Of a stretch of DNA of 64,000 bases, positions 1 through 12,874 are shown one piece after another. A model generated the notes under the pieces. That model had not been told where the DNA came from and did no database searches. It was given only the letters and a program-made list of their open reading frames with translations. The stretch is from the IMG/VR virus record IMGVR_UViG_3300038345_000178. The stretch is one strand, 5' to 3'. A program made the translations under genes and the position numbers. Position 1 is the stretch's first letter. Each line of letters begins with the position of its first letter. Source of the stretch: an uncultured virus (IMG/VR IMGVR_UViG_3300038345_000178) (taxonomy: Duplodnaviria; Heunggongvirae; Uroviricota; Caudoviricetes).

Positions 1-73
1 TCCCGCAACAACTCCTACTCCTTCTATTCAAATTAGACGAGAAGCTTCACTAATTGTGAAGAGAATAGCATAA
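1..73 (+). CDS. 3' end of a hypothetical protein (partial)
   Basis: Open frame PATTPTPSIQIRREASLIVKRIA ending TAA at 71-73, directly before the next gene's RBS. Confidence 0.55.
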   Translation, partial: PATTPTPSIQIRREASLIVKRIA

Positions 74-89
74 GGAGGGAAAATAAAAT

Positions 90-671
90 ATGGCAACTGA
101 ATCTTTAAAAACAATGAAAGAACAATTAATAAATTGTGTTCAAGGTCAATTAGGAGACATTTCAAAAGTAGATACTCATGAATTAGGTTAGGCAATTGAT
201 ATGATAAAAGATTTAGCAGAAGCTATTTACTATTGTACAATTACAGATTCAATGGAAAATAGTGAAGACTTAAAAAAACAATCTTCAACTAATATAAACT
301 ATTATACAACTCCAATATCTGATATGTATTATGATCCTTGGAGACGCTCAGAATATAAAAAAGGTTATATGTATTACCCCTCAGGAGCGGAAAACGGCAC
401 AACAACCACATCTGGTAATACAATGCATTATACAGAACCATATATGAAAGAAATGACTCGTGACCCGCGTGAAGGAAGAGCTTATATGCGTCGTCGTACT
501 TATATGGAAGGGAAAGAAAAACATAATGATGCTAATTCTCAACTAAGAGAATTAGAAGCTTATTTACAAGAGCTTTCTTCTGATATCACTGAAATGGTAA
601 AAGATGCATCTCCAGAAGAAAGGACCACTCTTCGTCAAAAAATGACAACATTAGCGAGTAAAATTGTTTAA
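90..671 (+). CDS. Hypothetical phage protein with one in-frame TAG (189-191)
   Basis: AAGGAGG RBS, then ATG at 90 in frame with track ORF 201..671; reads ...VDTHELG*AIDMIKDLAEAIYYC. Confidence 0.8.
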
Positions 672-1003
672 TGTTTTTAATTAATAACATTTATTGGAAG
701 CTTTCTTTTGTCCCTTCTAATTTCCCATTACTGCGTAAATTAAATGGGGAATATTCTATTGGAGCTTGTGACAATTTAACAAGAACAATTTATTTGAATA
801 AAAATTTACAAGGCGCCATGTTAAAAAAAGTATTATGTCATGAAATTACTCATGCTGCAATGTTTTCTTATAATGTTGAATTATCAATGCAACAATAGGA
901 GCTTGTTGCTGATTTAATATCTATTTATGGTGAAGAAATCATTTATACCACAAATAAAATTTTTATTCATTTAACATCACTAAAAAACAGGGACTCATTT
1001 TGA
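671..1003 (+). CDS. HExxH zinc-metallopeptidase-like protein, TAG at 896-898
   Basis: LCHEITHA motif; the frame continues past TAG (MQQ*ELVADLISIYG...) to TGA at 1001-1003. Confidence 0.7.
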
Positions 1004-1016
1004 GTCCCTATTTTTT
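989..1016 (+). terminator. Intrinsic terminator
   Basis: AGGGACTCA-ttt-TGAGTCCCT hairpin followed by a T-tract. Confidence 0.75.
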
Positions 1017-1043
1017 CTTGTAAAATACGAAATTACATAAAAT

Positions 1044-1072
1044 TTGACAGGCTCCAAAAATTTTGGTATAAT
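1044..1072 (+). promoter_or_regulatory. SigA/sigma70-type promoter
   Basis: TTGACA-17 nt-TATAAT. Confidence 0.8.
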
Positions 1073-1096
1073 ACTCATAGAAGAGGTGATTATATT

Positions 1097-1582
1097 ATGA
1101 TAGTATTAGCATTAGATTTATCAACTCGATCTTCTGGTTATGCCTTAGGCGTAGAAAACTCATTAGAAAAGCATGGATTTATTTCAGCTTCAAACACCAA
1201 TCCAATAAAACGTATTATAAAAATGCGGGATTAGCTTACTAAAATAATAAAAGCCTACAAAATAAATAAGATAATTATGGAATAGGTTAGACCTGAATAT
1301 AATAGTCATACGATGAAAGTATTAATGTGGTTACAGGCAGCAATAGTAATCGCTGCATATGAAATTGATCCATAGATTTAGTGTGAATTTATTGGCGCAA
1401 GTTCATGGCGGGCTTAGCTAAGAATTAAACAAGGACGCGGCATAAAAAGAAATTAGCTAAAACCGCAAGATATTTAGTATGTTAAAAATAAATATAATAT
1501 TTAGGTGAATGACGATGAAGCAGATGCAATTTGTATATTTGATGCCTATTGGTTAAAACAACAAGATTTTAATTGGAAATAA
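1097..1582 (+). CDS. RuvC-like Holliday junction resolvase (161 aa, 8 in-frame TAGs), absent from the ORF track
   Basis: GAGGTG RBS; MIVLALDLSTRSSGY...IIME*VRP...DDEADAICI (RuvC acidic motifs). TAGs at 1232, 1283, 1373, 1379, 1415, 1454, 1475, 1502; ends TAA. Confidence 0.8.
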
Positions 1583-1616
1583 AAAAACCAACTCTTTTTA
1601 AAGAGTTGGTTTTTTT
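1581..1616. terminator. Bidirectional terminator between convergent genes
   Basis: AAAAAACCAACTCTTT/AAAGAGTTGGTTTTTT inverted repeat with A- and T-tracts. Confidence 0.75.
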
Positions 1617-1695
1617 AATTATTTTAATCTACCAGAAATATACATTTTTACTTTACCATCTTTTATAAAATATTGTTAACAATAAAAACTGCGTC

Positions 1696-2313
1696 TTAAT
1701 CATTTTCAGAATTATCTTCTAATGCGGCAACCTTACTTTCTAATGTTGAAATTCTTGATTCAATTTCAGTTAAATCCACTGAAGATAAACCTTCATTAAT
1801 ATTACTTAATCTAGTTTCTACACTCTAAATCCAATCTCTAAGAGTTGAAAGCCCATTTGGAAAATTTAATAATGGACCCAATACCTATTGTAAAGTTATA
1901 TTAGTATTGTTCCAAGCAATATTATTTGTTGAAAATCTTTTATTATTAAAACGTTCGCTAAATACCTGTGCAGCTTTTTCTTTTATAGTTGGAATCCCCG
2001 CAATATACGGCTCTATATTAGCTACTGAATTTTCTAAAGCATTTAATCGCTCTGTATGAGATTCTATTAAAGGAACTTGAACATTTAAAATATTTTCATT
2101 TTCATGTAATTGCTATGCAATAGAATTTTCATTTAATTCAAAATTACCTAATATAGTTTTAATATTTCTTTGATTATCATATTCTATATTATTTGCCAAA
2201 GCTCCTATTGGTACAGTTTGCTATATTCCATTCTACTAAACAGTTAGTTCTCTTACAGTATTATAAATATCTATTTTATCAGTATCAACTTTTATAGTAT
2301 CAATTAAACTCAT
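1696..2313 (-). CDS. Hypothetical coiled-coil protein, possibly tail-associated, with several TAGs including a tandem TAG-TAG
   Basis: AGGAGTG RBS; MSLIDTIKVDTDK...ELTV**NGI*QTVPIGALA...heptad-like C-terminus; ends TAA. Confidence 0.65.
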
Positions 2314-2327
2314 AAAATTCACTCCTT

Positions 2328-2603
2328 TTAATATCTTTTTCCAATAATGATTTTACCATCTCCAGCATAATCATCTGCAACTATTAAAATATAAACATTA
2401 TCATTTACATTATATTTTAATGAAGGATGGCTTGAATGAGCAATAATAGTAGCTCCTTGATAACTACACTTATATTCTCCTGTGTTTTCATCAGAACAAG
2501 AAATGATTTGTGCCATAATTGTTTTATCATAATTGGCATTATCAATTTTTGATTTTGTAATAATGTCAATAGCATCTAAAATTGTATCTTCTATAGTTCC
2601 CAT
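2328..2603 (-). CDS. Hypothetical protein downstream of the tape measure (possible tail-tip component)
   Basis: Track ORF with AGGAG RBS; function inferred from position only. Confidence 0.65.
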   Translation of the reverse strand: MGTIEDTILDAIDIITKSKIDNANYDKTIMAQIISCSDENTGEYKCSYQGATIIAHSSHPSLKYNVNDNVYILIVADDYAGDGKIIIGKRY

Positions 2604-2653
2604 TTTAACATCTCCTTTTTATAATTATAACACATTTTTTTTAAAAAATCAAG

Positions 2654-2684
2654 GAAATGGAAGAGTTTAAAACTCTTCCATTTT
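2654..2684 (-). terminator. Terminator after the tape measure gene
   Basis: AAATGGAAGAGTTT/AAACTCTTCCATTT inverted repeat. Confidence 0.6.
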
Positions 2685-2689
2685 CTTTT

Positions 2690-5600
2690 TTAATTTTTAT
2701 TATATTTTAATGCCTTTTGGGTTGCTAAATTAACTAAATTTGAAAAAGCCTATTCTATTTCTTTGTAACTAGTGACACTTGGGAAATTAGCTTCAATTTT
2801 TACTTGTTGTTCTAAAGCCTGCGTTGCCATTTTTTGTTTTTCAAGAATTTTTTGCTAGTATGTTTTTGTTGTATTTGACATTCGCTATTGAATACTATTT
2901 AAATATTGTTTTTGTGAATTTAATGTTGCTAAAACATTATTTTGTACCAACTCAGACATTGTACGAGAAAATTCTAACATTTTTAACATATTCTCAGTAT
3001 CATCTTTATTTAATACTAGCTCTTTTTCATGCAAAACCGCAAGCTTGCCTTGTTTAGAGTTCCATTTACCTGTATATCCGCCAGTATCAAAATAATCAGG
3101 AAATAATTCTTCAATACCTTTAAATGATTTAAACACAGCAGGAACTTTAAAAGGCAACGGTGCTAATAATATTTTTTCTATTGAGTTCCAATTTGCACTG
3201 TACCATTTTTCATAATCATCTTTAGAGAAACCTGGAAATACACGTTGAAAAGCTGTATACATATACATACCACTTGGATTTTTATATGCCTGTCTCTCCT
3301 TTTTTGGAATTTCTTTATCGATAGCCTTATTGACTTCTCGTAAAAAATCTATAATAGACTGAAGTTTATCTGATTGCTCCCTGTCTTTGTTTTCTAGATT
3401 AAGAAGTGTATTTAATGTATATCGTAAAGAATTTCCTCCAATATCAAACATGCTAGTATAATCATTTACTTTATTTAAATTAACTTTTTGTTTTAAAGCA
3501 TTTAAACCAGTTAAAGTTTTTTTATCATTTTTTGCTTGATCAGCATCAAATTTTGCTTGATCAGCATCAAAATCAAATACCCTTCCATTGCTTGTGTATC
3601 CAGGTATATCTCCAGAATACTCTCCTTCATTACCAGGCTCTCCATAATTTTGATATGAATTATTTAATGTAGGATTAGTTGTATTTCCATCTCCATCAGT
3701 AGAATCTTCTGATGGACTGTTCTAAATATTATCTAAATCATTAGACAATTTTAATTCAAGATATTCTTGTGCTTTAGTTAAAGCATCGCTAGTTTGATCA
3801 TAAACGCCTTTCCACCAAGATTCTATATTTTCTAAAGTAGTTTTCCATTCAGTTGCTTTTGTAATAGTTGAATCCATAGAAGAAATTAATGCATCATTAT
3901 TAGTTACCATTGCAGCTTCATTCTATACAACCGGATCAATTGCAGATTTTAAATTACCAAAGTTTAATCCAGCAGTTTCAACAACATTTGCAATTTTTTC
4001 ATCATATTCTGTTGCTTTATCCTACATACTTTGAATAGCTTCATCAAACATATTCATAACACTATCTGGATTAGAATTAAATTTATTAATAAAGTTTTGT
4101 GATTCACTATTCATCCCCTAAATCATATCACTATAATTTATTTCACTATTACCCATTAAATCAACCATGCTATCATAAGTTGATTGTTCTAAATTAGTTC
4201 TAATAGAGTTATTTTCTTGGGCATAAAATGTCATTTTTTCTTGAGCGTCTTTTTGAATTAAAGCAATTCTTTCTTGTTTTTGCTATTCACTTAAGCTATC
4301 ATTTTTCCTAATCTCTGCAATTTGACTCATAACATCTTTAAATACTGCAACTGCGTTTTCATTGTTACTACGCCAAGCCTATAAATCAAAATTATATAAA
4401 TCATTTTGTGCTTTATCTAAATTATTTTGAGCTTGATCAATAGCTTCTTCATCTACAGTAAATTGATATGAATAATTACCAGAAGCATCTCTTTTTAATC
4501 TCATTGTAGTTTTATTATTCCTTGCTTCTTCTAATGCAATTCTTGCTTTTTCAACTTCTAAAACTTTTTCTGCCCTATCTACATCATATTGAGTTAATTT
4601 ATCTTTTTCTTTTAAAATTTGCATTTGCTATTGCATTACTTTTTTCAACGCTTGTTGATTACGTAATTCACTAGTATCACTAATTGCCTTACTAAATAAA
4701 TACTATGTATTTTTAATAGCAAAAGCAGAATTAACTGTATCCAAATACATATCTGCATGACCTTTTAATATATCCCATTCTAATGTTATATAATCAAAAC
4801 CATGTCCGTTTGTTAAAGAGTTTTCCAATTCATTAACAATGGTATCAATCATGTTTTCAAATTGAGATTTTAAATTTTGAATTGCCGATTCAGTTGTAGA
4901 ATTAAGACTTTTTGTTACATTTTCCCAATTTTCATGTGCAATTTTCTTTGCAGCCTCGTCAGTTGCGGCTGCCTCTTGTTCTGCCCAAAATTGTTGCTAT
5001 TGTCTTAACATATCAATTTGATCCAATCCAAAACTATTCATTTGATTATAATAATTATCTTTATATCTACCACCACGAGAACCGTAAATTAAATCCATTA
5101 GAGACACATCATGACTTAATTGCTAACTAATAAAACTATAATAATTATTTTGTTTATCAAATTCTTCTTGAACATAAGAGAAAGCGTCTAAATAAGCTTG
5201 CTTTATAATATCAGCATATTTTGCGGCATCTTCTAAAGCCTGTTCACCTTTATCTTGTAACTCTGTTAATTTAGTATATGCCTAGCTAACACTATTAAAT
5301 AAATTACTTTGATAGGTTTCGCCATTTGCTTCTGCTCTATTAAAATTGTCAATTTCAGTCAGCACTTGATCAATTGAAGAAGTGATTTTTTGAGCATCTT
5401 TCATTCTATCTCCATAGTTTACTTTTGCCTAATTTGCATCTTTTTCTTTGGAGCCCATTGTATCTGGATTTAAAATATCATCTTTATTTAAAACATTCTT
5501 TTTAAATTCTTCCCAATTCTTTTTAGCTTCTGTTAAATCTAATTGAAGAGAAACTTTTAAATCAAATTTTTGAATATTAATTGCAATTTGTTTTCTTAAA

Positions 5601-8600
5601 GTCTATGTTTGTTTATCAATAGTGTCTTCATGCTGATCTAATAATGAATCATAATCGCTTAATGCAGTTTTTAAGTCAGAATACTTATCATTAATATGAT
5701 TATAATCATTTTCAACTTGAGTTAAAGCGGTTTTTAATCCTAAATAATAATCACTTGAAACATCTCCATCAGCATCCGTCCAAGCATTCATAGAATTGAT
5801 GATACTATTTTTCTTTGCGGTTGCCGCATTTACTTGATTTTCATAGAAGGCTAATATATCTAAATAATTAGATATTTCTCCGTTACTTGTAAAAGTAACT
5901 CCATATTTTGAGCTTAATTTTGTTCTAGATTGAACTAAATCTTGTTCCTATAAATTGCTTTTAGTTTTTAGTTTATTTGATTTTGCATTTAATGCTGCAT
6001 TTTGTTGAGTTAAATTATTATATAATTCTACCCCAGTTAATCCCTATTGAGTGGTCTCTAATCTTGATAAAGTTCGATCCATTTTTGCAATTTCACGATT
6101 AATATCATGATATAAATCTCGTTCATCTTCAAGATATTTATTTAATTCTTTGTGATTTTCAATTCTTGCTCTTTCAATTTGGGCTAGTGATTTTTGATTT
6201 TCATAGCTTCTTTGACTTTGTAAATAACTAAAATTTGCAGCTTTAAATAAACTTTCAATTTGATCTTGCGAAATAACTGCATCTACACCAAATACAGTTT
6301 TTAATAAGTATTTTAATGATTCTGCAGTTAAATCTGTAGTATCAATTAAAAAATTACAAGTTTCTATAAAACCCTAGGTATCAATAATTGGAGCGCCAAT
6401 TTCATACTTTTCCCACTTAGATGTTTTTTTCTAAAAATAAGAAAATACAGCATCTATATTTTCAAATCCATGAATATTATTTTCACGATCACCCTATGTA
6501 AATAATTTAATATCTTGAATCTTTATATTTTCTATTATATCCTCTTTTATCGCTTTGATTAAATCATTATAGCTCTATTCAACTCCGTCAATTGCCGCCT
6601 ATTTTAATAATTTAAAATTTTCTTCATTTAAAAAAAATGCTGTTGATAATAATTTTTCTGCATTAATATCTAAATAATCACCATATACATTTTTTAAATC
6701 AGGCAAAAGTTCTAATTTATCTTGATCTGCTCCTTGCTGTAGAATAGTTAACCAATTACTATAACTTTTTATAACCTATTGAATTGCAACATTATATCTT
6801 AAAATATTTTCAGAAACCTATTTTGCAGTATCTCCATTTTCTCTTAAATCAGAAGATAACTACGAAGAACGTAGAGAAATATTTTGTAAATGATTACCAA
6901 GCTCCCCTAAAGTATTAGTATTTATATCTGAATCTACTGGAACGATAGAAGGATATAATATTTTTAGGCTTTCTGAAATTTTTTGCTAAGCGTCTTTTAA
7001 ATTTTGCTCATCATTATCCTTGGAATAAGTATTATATAGCCCCAGTAACTTGTCATACTGGTCACCCCATTCTTCTGAAAAGGTATCTTCGGGCGTTTTT
7101 TTATTTATAAGCTATTCTTCTAATGCGCTAAGCCTTGTTGCATCGTCATCAGGAAGGAAGTCCTTAATAACTTTTAATTCATTAATCATTTGACTGGCAT
7201 TAGTTAAATTTTGTTTGCCTGCTGCTTTATTAATTTGTTGTTGTCCATTCTAATATATCTTTAAAAGAGGCTCAATATCTTCTTTAAAATCGCCTTTTAA
7301 ATACTCTTCAAGCTTAGCCCGTTTAGCTTTAATAAGGAGAAAATTATTATCTAATATATCTGCAATTGTGTTATTTATAGTCGAAAATTTTTCCGATGCC
7401 TCTGTCTTTATAGCTTCTTTTTCCCCTTCTGTAAGAAACTACGAAGATAGTAACTAATCAATTGCGTCTGCGACATTTTGACCTGAAATTAATGTTTTTC
7501 CTTTTCCATTGTCTCTGAAAGCTGATAATATAGCATCTTTAGCCATACCATCTGTCTAACGGGTTCCCCCTCGAATTACTCCTGGGGTATTCTTATAATT
7601 ATAATAATCATCTATATTCCGTTGGCTTTCATCTATATCTGGACCTGTAAAAGATTGCTTTTTGTTTCTTTCTTGAGGTTTTTCATGGCCAGTTTCTGTT
7701 TCTAGCCATGCTTTAATTTTTTCTACTTCTCTCTCTGCGGCCTAATAGCCCTCTTGCCAACTAGAAACCGCTTCAGTATCTAATTTATCAATTACTCTCT
7801 GCTTTGTATTATCGTTTGTTTTAACCTGATATCCTGTTCCCGATTGATATTGAAAATTCGTTTTAAATGCTTCCCACTAATCTGAAGAATGAGTTTTTTC
7901 ATATTCTGTTTTAATTTGTTCCATTTCATCGTCTGAAATAGTAACATTTTCCTTGGTAGAAGCCAATTTTAATGCAAGATTATGCATTGTCATATAATGC
8001 GTTCCTTTGGCTTTTTTACCAGCGTCTGTTAATTCATTAAAACCAGAAAAATCTAATTCACTAGTTTTCTTCATTATTTCATATATTTCTTGAAAAGATA
8101 GTAGCACCGGTGACATATTTAAAGATTTTATATATTGAATTTGAGCTGAATTATATTTCTCTAATAATGAAGTAGCATCATTTATTTGCTATTCATTTAA
8201 ATCTCCAAAGGTCTCTATTAATTGTGCTTTTTCTTGATACAAATTAACTTGATCTGCTGAAACGTTATCTGAAATTGCATTAAAAATTTTATTATCAATT
8301 TCATCTTCATCTAAAAAACCCTTTAATTCAGTTCGCACTTGATTAGAAAATTTTAAATAAGTATCTGTATATTCTTTTAAATTAGAAGCCTCATTTAATT
8401 TTGAAGAATAATTATAATCTTTACTAACAATACTATTATTTGCATAATTTTGATTAATTTCTTCTTGTGTTGCTTCTAATTGTTTTATATCATCTGATAT
8501 TTCACTTAAAAAAGATTGAACATTACTATAAAATTGAGTTGAAGTATCTGCCTAATCACTGTCTATATAATCTTGTAATTTTTGAATTTGATGCAATGCA

Positions 8601-11600
8601 GCTCCACCAGAAGTTGCTTCTCCCAGCATTAAAGCTCTCCCTAAATAATTCCAACTTCCATCTCCTAATATTGTGGCAACTTTATCAACTTCTGAGCTTT
8701 CTCCCCATGCAGCGCCAATAGCACCATTAAGAGCTGTTTTTAACGCTTGCCATGAACGAAGACTTTCTCCTGTCTTAGTGGAATTATATTTTTGTCTTAT
8801 AATATTTTCTTGCTATTTTTTTTCCTTTTCCAAAGATGTTTTTTCATTAGAATAAATTTTTCTTTTTGCATTTAAAGCTGAAGCACCTAAATTTTTATAA
8901 TCTTTAATTAATTCTTTAATCGTATCAGATTCATTTTTATATTGTTCCTGTAATTCTTTAGTTTTATTTTGTAATTCAATAGTTGTAATTTCGCCTTTTT
9001 TATAGGCTTCATTTAATGCTTCAACCTGTTTTACAATGTCTTTCTATTTATTATAAGTCTATTGTTTTTCATTTTCTTTTTCAATCTATTTTTGAGACAT
9101 TTCAATTGATTTTTGTCTTTGTCTAGCCACTATTGCATAACCAGCAGCTGCAGCCGCATAAACAGCACCAACCGCAAGAGTAAGTCCAGCACCCAACTTT
9201 CCTATATGACTAGACATTCCATTCCAAATGCCCTTAATTCCATTAATAATAGATGTAAAACTTTCTTTTATTTTTGTTCCAATATTCTTTAATGTTAATT
9301 TAGTGTTTTCAATTAAAGTTGTATTTTGTTTTTTAATTTCTTTAGTTTCACGTCTTTTTGCATTTGCATTATTATTACTAGCTTTTGCACCAGCTTCTTT
9401 TGCACCCGTATTTGCTCCTTCAATAACCGTATTAGTTCCCTATTGAACATTTTCGAGCTTTTGTAAAGCAATATTTTTTTCTTTAACCGCTTGTTCCTTT
9501 TCTTCTAATACTTTATGCTTAGCTTTTGCTTCAGAAAATTTTCCAAGAGCAGAAGATAACGATGCATATCCAGTAATTAACATTGGAATAGTAATTAATA
9601 AATTACTAATTGTTTGTTCAAACTTTTCCGTTTCTGTTAAATCTTCATTGTCCCAAATATTTCCTATATTAGCAAAATTTTGAATAGTCATATTTAATTG
9701 ACCAAGCGCGCCCGTTAACTGAAGAATACCTTGAATAGTAGCCTGTCTCATACCAGATTTGGCTTCTTCTGCTGCCTATTTAGCTTTTTTTAGAGCCTAT
9801 TTCTATTTCTATAAAGCCTCCATTGCATTTTGCCCTTCGGATTCTAAATTACCCGCTGACTACTTTGCATATTCACCAAGATTATTGAAGAAATCTTTAA
9901 TTTTATTATTTAATTCTTCTAACTCTTCAACTGTGGCACTACCACTATTTCCTATTTCCTACATTAATGCATCGTATTGTTCTGCAAATCCCTTTAATTC
10001 TTCACTTGCGTTCTAATCTCGACCAGCATTAATATATTTCATTAAATCGGCTTTCTGTTCTGTTTCTTCCCCAGTTTCTTTATCTTTTACTCTTACTGTT
10101 TGTTCAAATTGTGATTTAAATTTTTCTATGCGTTTACTTGCTATTGTCTATCCTTTTTCTTCCTAAGCCTTTTTTAATCCTTCCTACGTTTGTGCAATTT
10201 TTTTCTACAACTATATTTTCTTTTTTTCTAAAATTTCTACTTCCTATGCATTTTCTTGTATTAAATTATTTAGTCCTTCAATTTGATTTTGTGTCTTTTG
10301 TTCTAATTCTACTTCTTCATTTAACCACTATGAAATGTCATTTTTAATATCTTCTAACTAACTAAGCCCTTCTTTTAATTGACTTAATTCTTTCTATAAT
10401 CTTGGAGTATTTTCTCCAGTTATTACTTTTCCATTCTCCATGCTTTTATCTGCTTTTATTTCATATTCTTTTTCTGTAATAGCTTCTTTTATATTATATA
10501 TTTTTATTGCATTATCTCTCTTAGCATCTTCTAACTCTTCTTTAGTTATAAGTTTTGAAATTTTTTTACTATTTTCTACTTCATCCTTTGTTTGTTCCCA
10601 GTCCTCAATTTGATCATTTATACTACTTAAATCTTCTTTTAAATTGTTTAATTCCTAAATAGCATTTTCACACTGCTTAGATGCCTATTTAACATTATCT
10701 GTTGCCTATCTTATCTCTGTTTCCTAAATCTATAAAAGATTTTTTGTAGAATCTGCAAGAATTTGTGCAACTGCGTCTTGATCTGTTTTAAACACCTCAT
10801 TAGCAGCTTCTATATTGGTTTGAATACCTTGTAAATTTGATTCATCTACTTCTTTTATACCAGTAAGTTTTTTCAATGGATCAAATTTTTTTTCTTTTTG
10901 TTTTTTAGCAATATCTGCCTAAATTCCCGCATTAGTAGACTAATCCCATAATTGATTTATTTTACTAATACTCTAGTTTGAAAAATATTGCATATTTGGT
11001 AGAAAACGTGCTTTATCTCGCAACGTTTTTGCTTCAGCAGAATCGCCTTTGCCCTGAGCCTCTAAAACAGCTATTTTATCCTAAATATCTATTTGCGCTT
11101 GTTTTAAAGAAGCTTTTTGTTCTTTGTTTTGAATCCTATTATTTATAAAAGTATTTATACCAGATGCCATTGTTTTACTCATCAATTGAGTGGCAATAGC
11201 CCCAATAGAATTTAAAACCGCTTTTCCGCCACCAATAGATTGAAATAATTGATCTACTTTATTAATTACTTTTGTTAAATCATCTATAACGCCCTTAAAA
11301 CCATCAGTATTAATTAAATTCATCCACATTTTTTCAGTTGCGGCAGTCATCTGATTAATTTTAGTATTAATATCTTCCATATAAGCTTTATTTTGTTTAT
11401 TTAATGTGCCTTCTGCCCCTTGAGCCGTCTTTAATGCACTAATATATTTATCCTGATAATTATCAAATAAAGCAATAAGATTTGTGTACTGTCTTTGACC
11501 TGCCATAGTTTGAGCAATATAAGTTTGCTGTTCTTTAGAAAAAGTTCCCCATTTTGAACCAATTTCTTCCATAACCTAACCCATATTACGCAATTTTCCT

Positions 11601-12712
11601 GAAGTATCTAATACTTTAATTCCTAATTCAGCTAATTTCCCTGAGTATGTACCAAGAGTAGTTCCATCTTCGTCTATTCCTGCTTGAATATCTGAAATTC
11701 TTGAATAAATAGTTTTTAATGCAGTACCAACTGTTTCTGGTGCTTGACGAGTAACTGATATAATAGTTGATAACTGAGCTGCTAACTGCTCTTCTCCAAC
11801 TCCTAAAGAAGCTGCTGCGGAAGCAACCTTACTCATGCCAGTAGACAATTCAGACAAACTTGACGCAGTTGTTGACGCTACTGCAGCCAATCTATCTACA
11901 TAAATCTCTGCTTCAGCAGCATTTACTTTATAGCCATTCCATACAGCTGTTAATTCCTCTGACACGGCTTCAGTAGATTGTCCCGTTACATTTGCAGTTT
12001 TTAAAGTAATTTCAGAGCGTTTTTTAATTTCAGCATCGCTTAATCCCTGTTGAGCATAAATTAAAGATGCTTTAGTGTAATCTGTGGTTGTTCTTCCTAA
12101 TTGGGATGCAGCTTTGTTTGCTTCTTGAGCAAATCTTTTCATTTCATCTGCATTTTTACCTGTAACCATTCGAATATCAGTTAATGATTGCTATAAATTT
12201 TTAGTAAAACCCCATGCTTGTTGAATTGAACCTGAAACATTATTTATCAAAGTAGCAGATAAATTCCATTTTAAAGTATTTGTTAAAGTTTTTCCCATCT
12301 TATCTAATAATTTATGACTTTCTTTAATTTTTACATTAAATTTAGTCATACTATTAGTTAAAAGGGCTGAAACATTTTGACCAATAACTCCGACATTAGA
12401 AAAATACTTTGAAAGTTCTGAAAGATTTAATCCAGATTGTTTTATTATTCTATTAAATGTTTCTATATTAACTGTTTTTAATTTAGGGTTATATGCTGCC
12501 TACAAGGCCGTTCTAACTTCCCATGCATAAGTTCGCATTTTTTTTGCTTCTTCTTTGTATTTTTCAGAAGTTGAACCAAATATTTTTGAATAATCACTAT
12601 CTTTTAAAGATTCTAATTTTTTTAATTCTTGCTATAAAAGTTTAATACCTTTTGGATCAACATTAAAACCAATGTCAACCTAATATCTTTTATGATTATT
12701 TTGATAAGCCAT
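2690..12712 (-). CDS. Tail tape measure protein, ~3,340 aa, with many in-frame TAGs
   Basis: Eight minus-strand track fragments (2885..3451 through 11576..12169) share the frame of ATG 12712 and all end in TAG. TP901-type core present (TRQAPETVGTALKTIYSRI, MAGQRQYTNLIALFDN). The span is 10,023 nt (divisible by 3) and ends TAA. Absence of internal TAA/TGA was only spot-checked. Confidence 0.85.
3530..3571. repeat. Perfect 21-nt tandem duplication in the tape measure gene (FDADQAK x2)
   Basis: TTTTGCTTGATCAGCATCAAA occurs twice, in frame. Confidence 0.85.
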
Positions 12713-12763
12713 GTATCCTTTTCTCTCCTTTTCTTAAAAATAAAATTTTAACTTACACTTATA

Positions 12764-12800
12764 ATAAAAAACATCAAATTATTTTTATCTTTCTTCGCCC
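12764..12800 (-). promoter_or_regulatory. Candidate phage late-promoter motif upstream of the tape measure gene
   Basis: GGGCGA-N24-TTTTTAT on the minus strand; same spacing as four other copies. Confidence 0.55.
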
Positions 12801-12814
12801 TTCTCTTGATTTTA

Positions 12815-12843
12815 TTGACTTTTCACTAAAATTTTAATATAAT
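12815..12843 (+). promoter_or_regulatory. SigA-type promoter, divergent from the tape measure gene
   Basis: TTGACT-17-TATAAT. Confidence 0.7.
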
Positions 12844-12874
12844 TTATATAGAATATTTAGGAGGTGGAACAAAA

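Noticed and set aside
2824..10347. Plus-strand Leu/Phe-rich ORFs (2824, 4912, 8467, 8673, 9228, 9759, 10138)
   Set aside because: Antisense shadows of the tape measure gene. The same applies to short opposite-strand or alternate-frame ORFs inside the ligase, topoisomerase, nrdG, tail and scaffold genes.
1097..12712. Decayed prophage or mass pseudogenisation
   Set aside because: Interruptions are almost exclusively TAG, frames are preserved across kilobases, and motifs and RBSs are intact.
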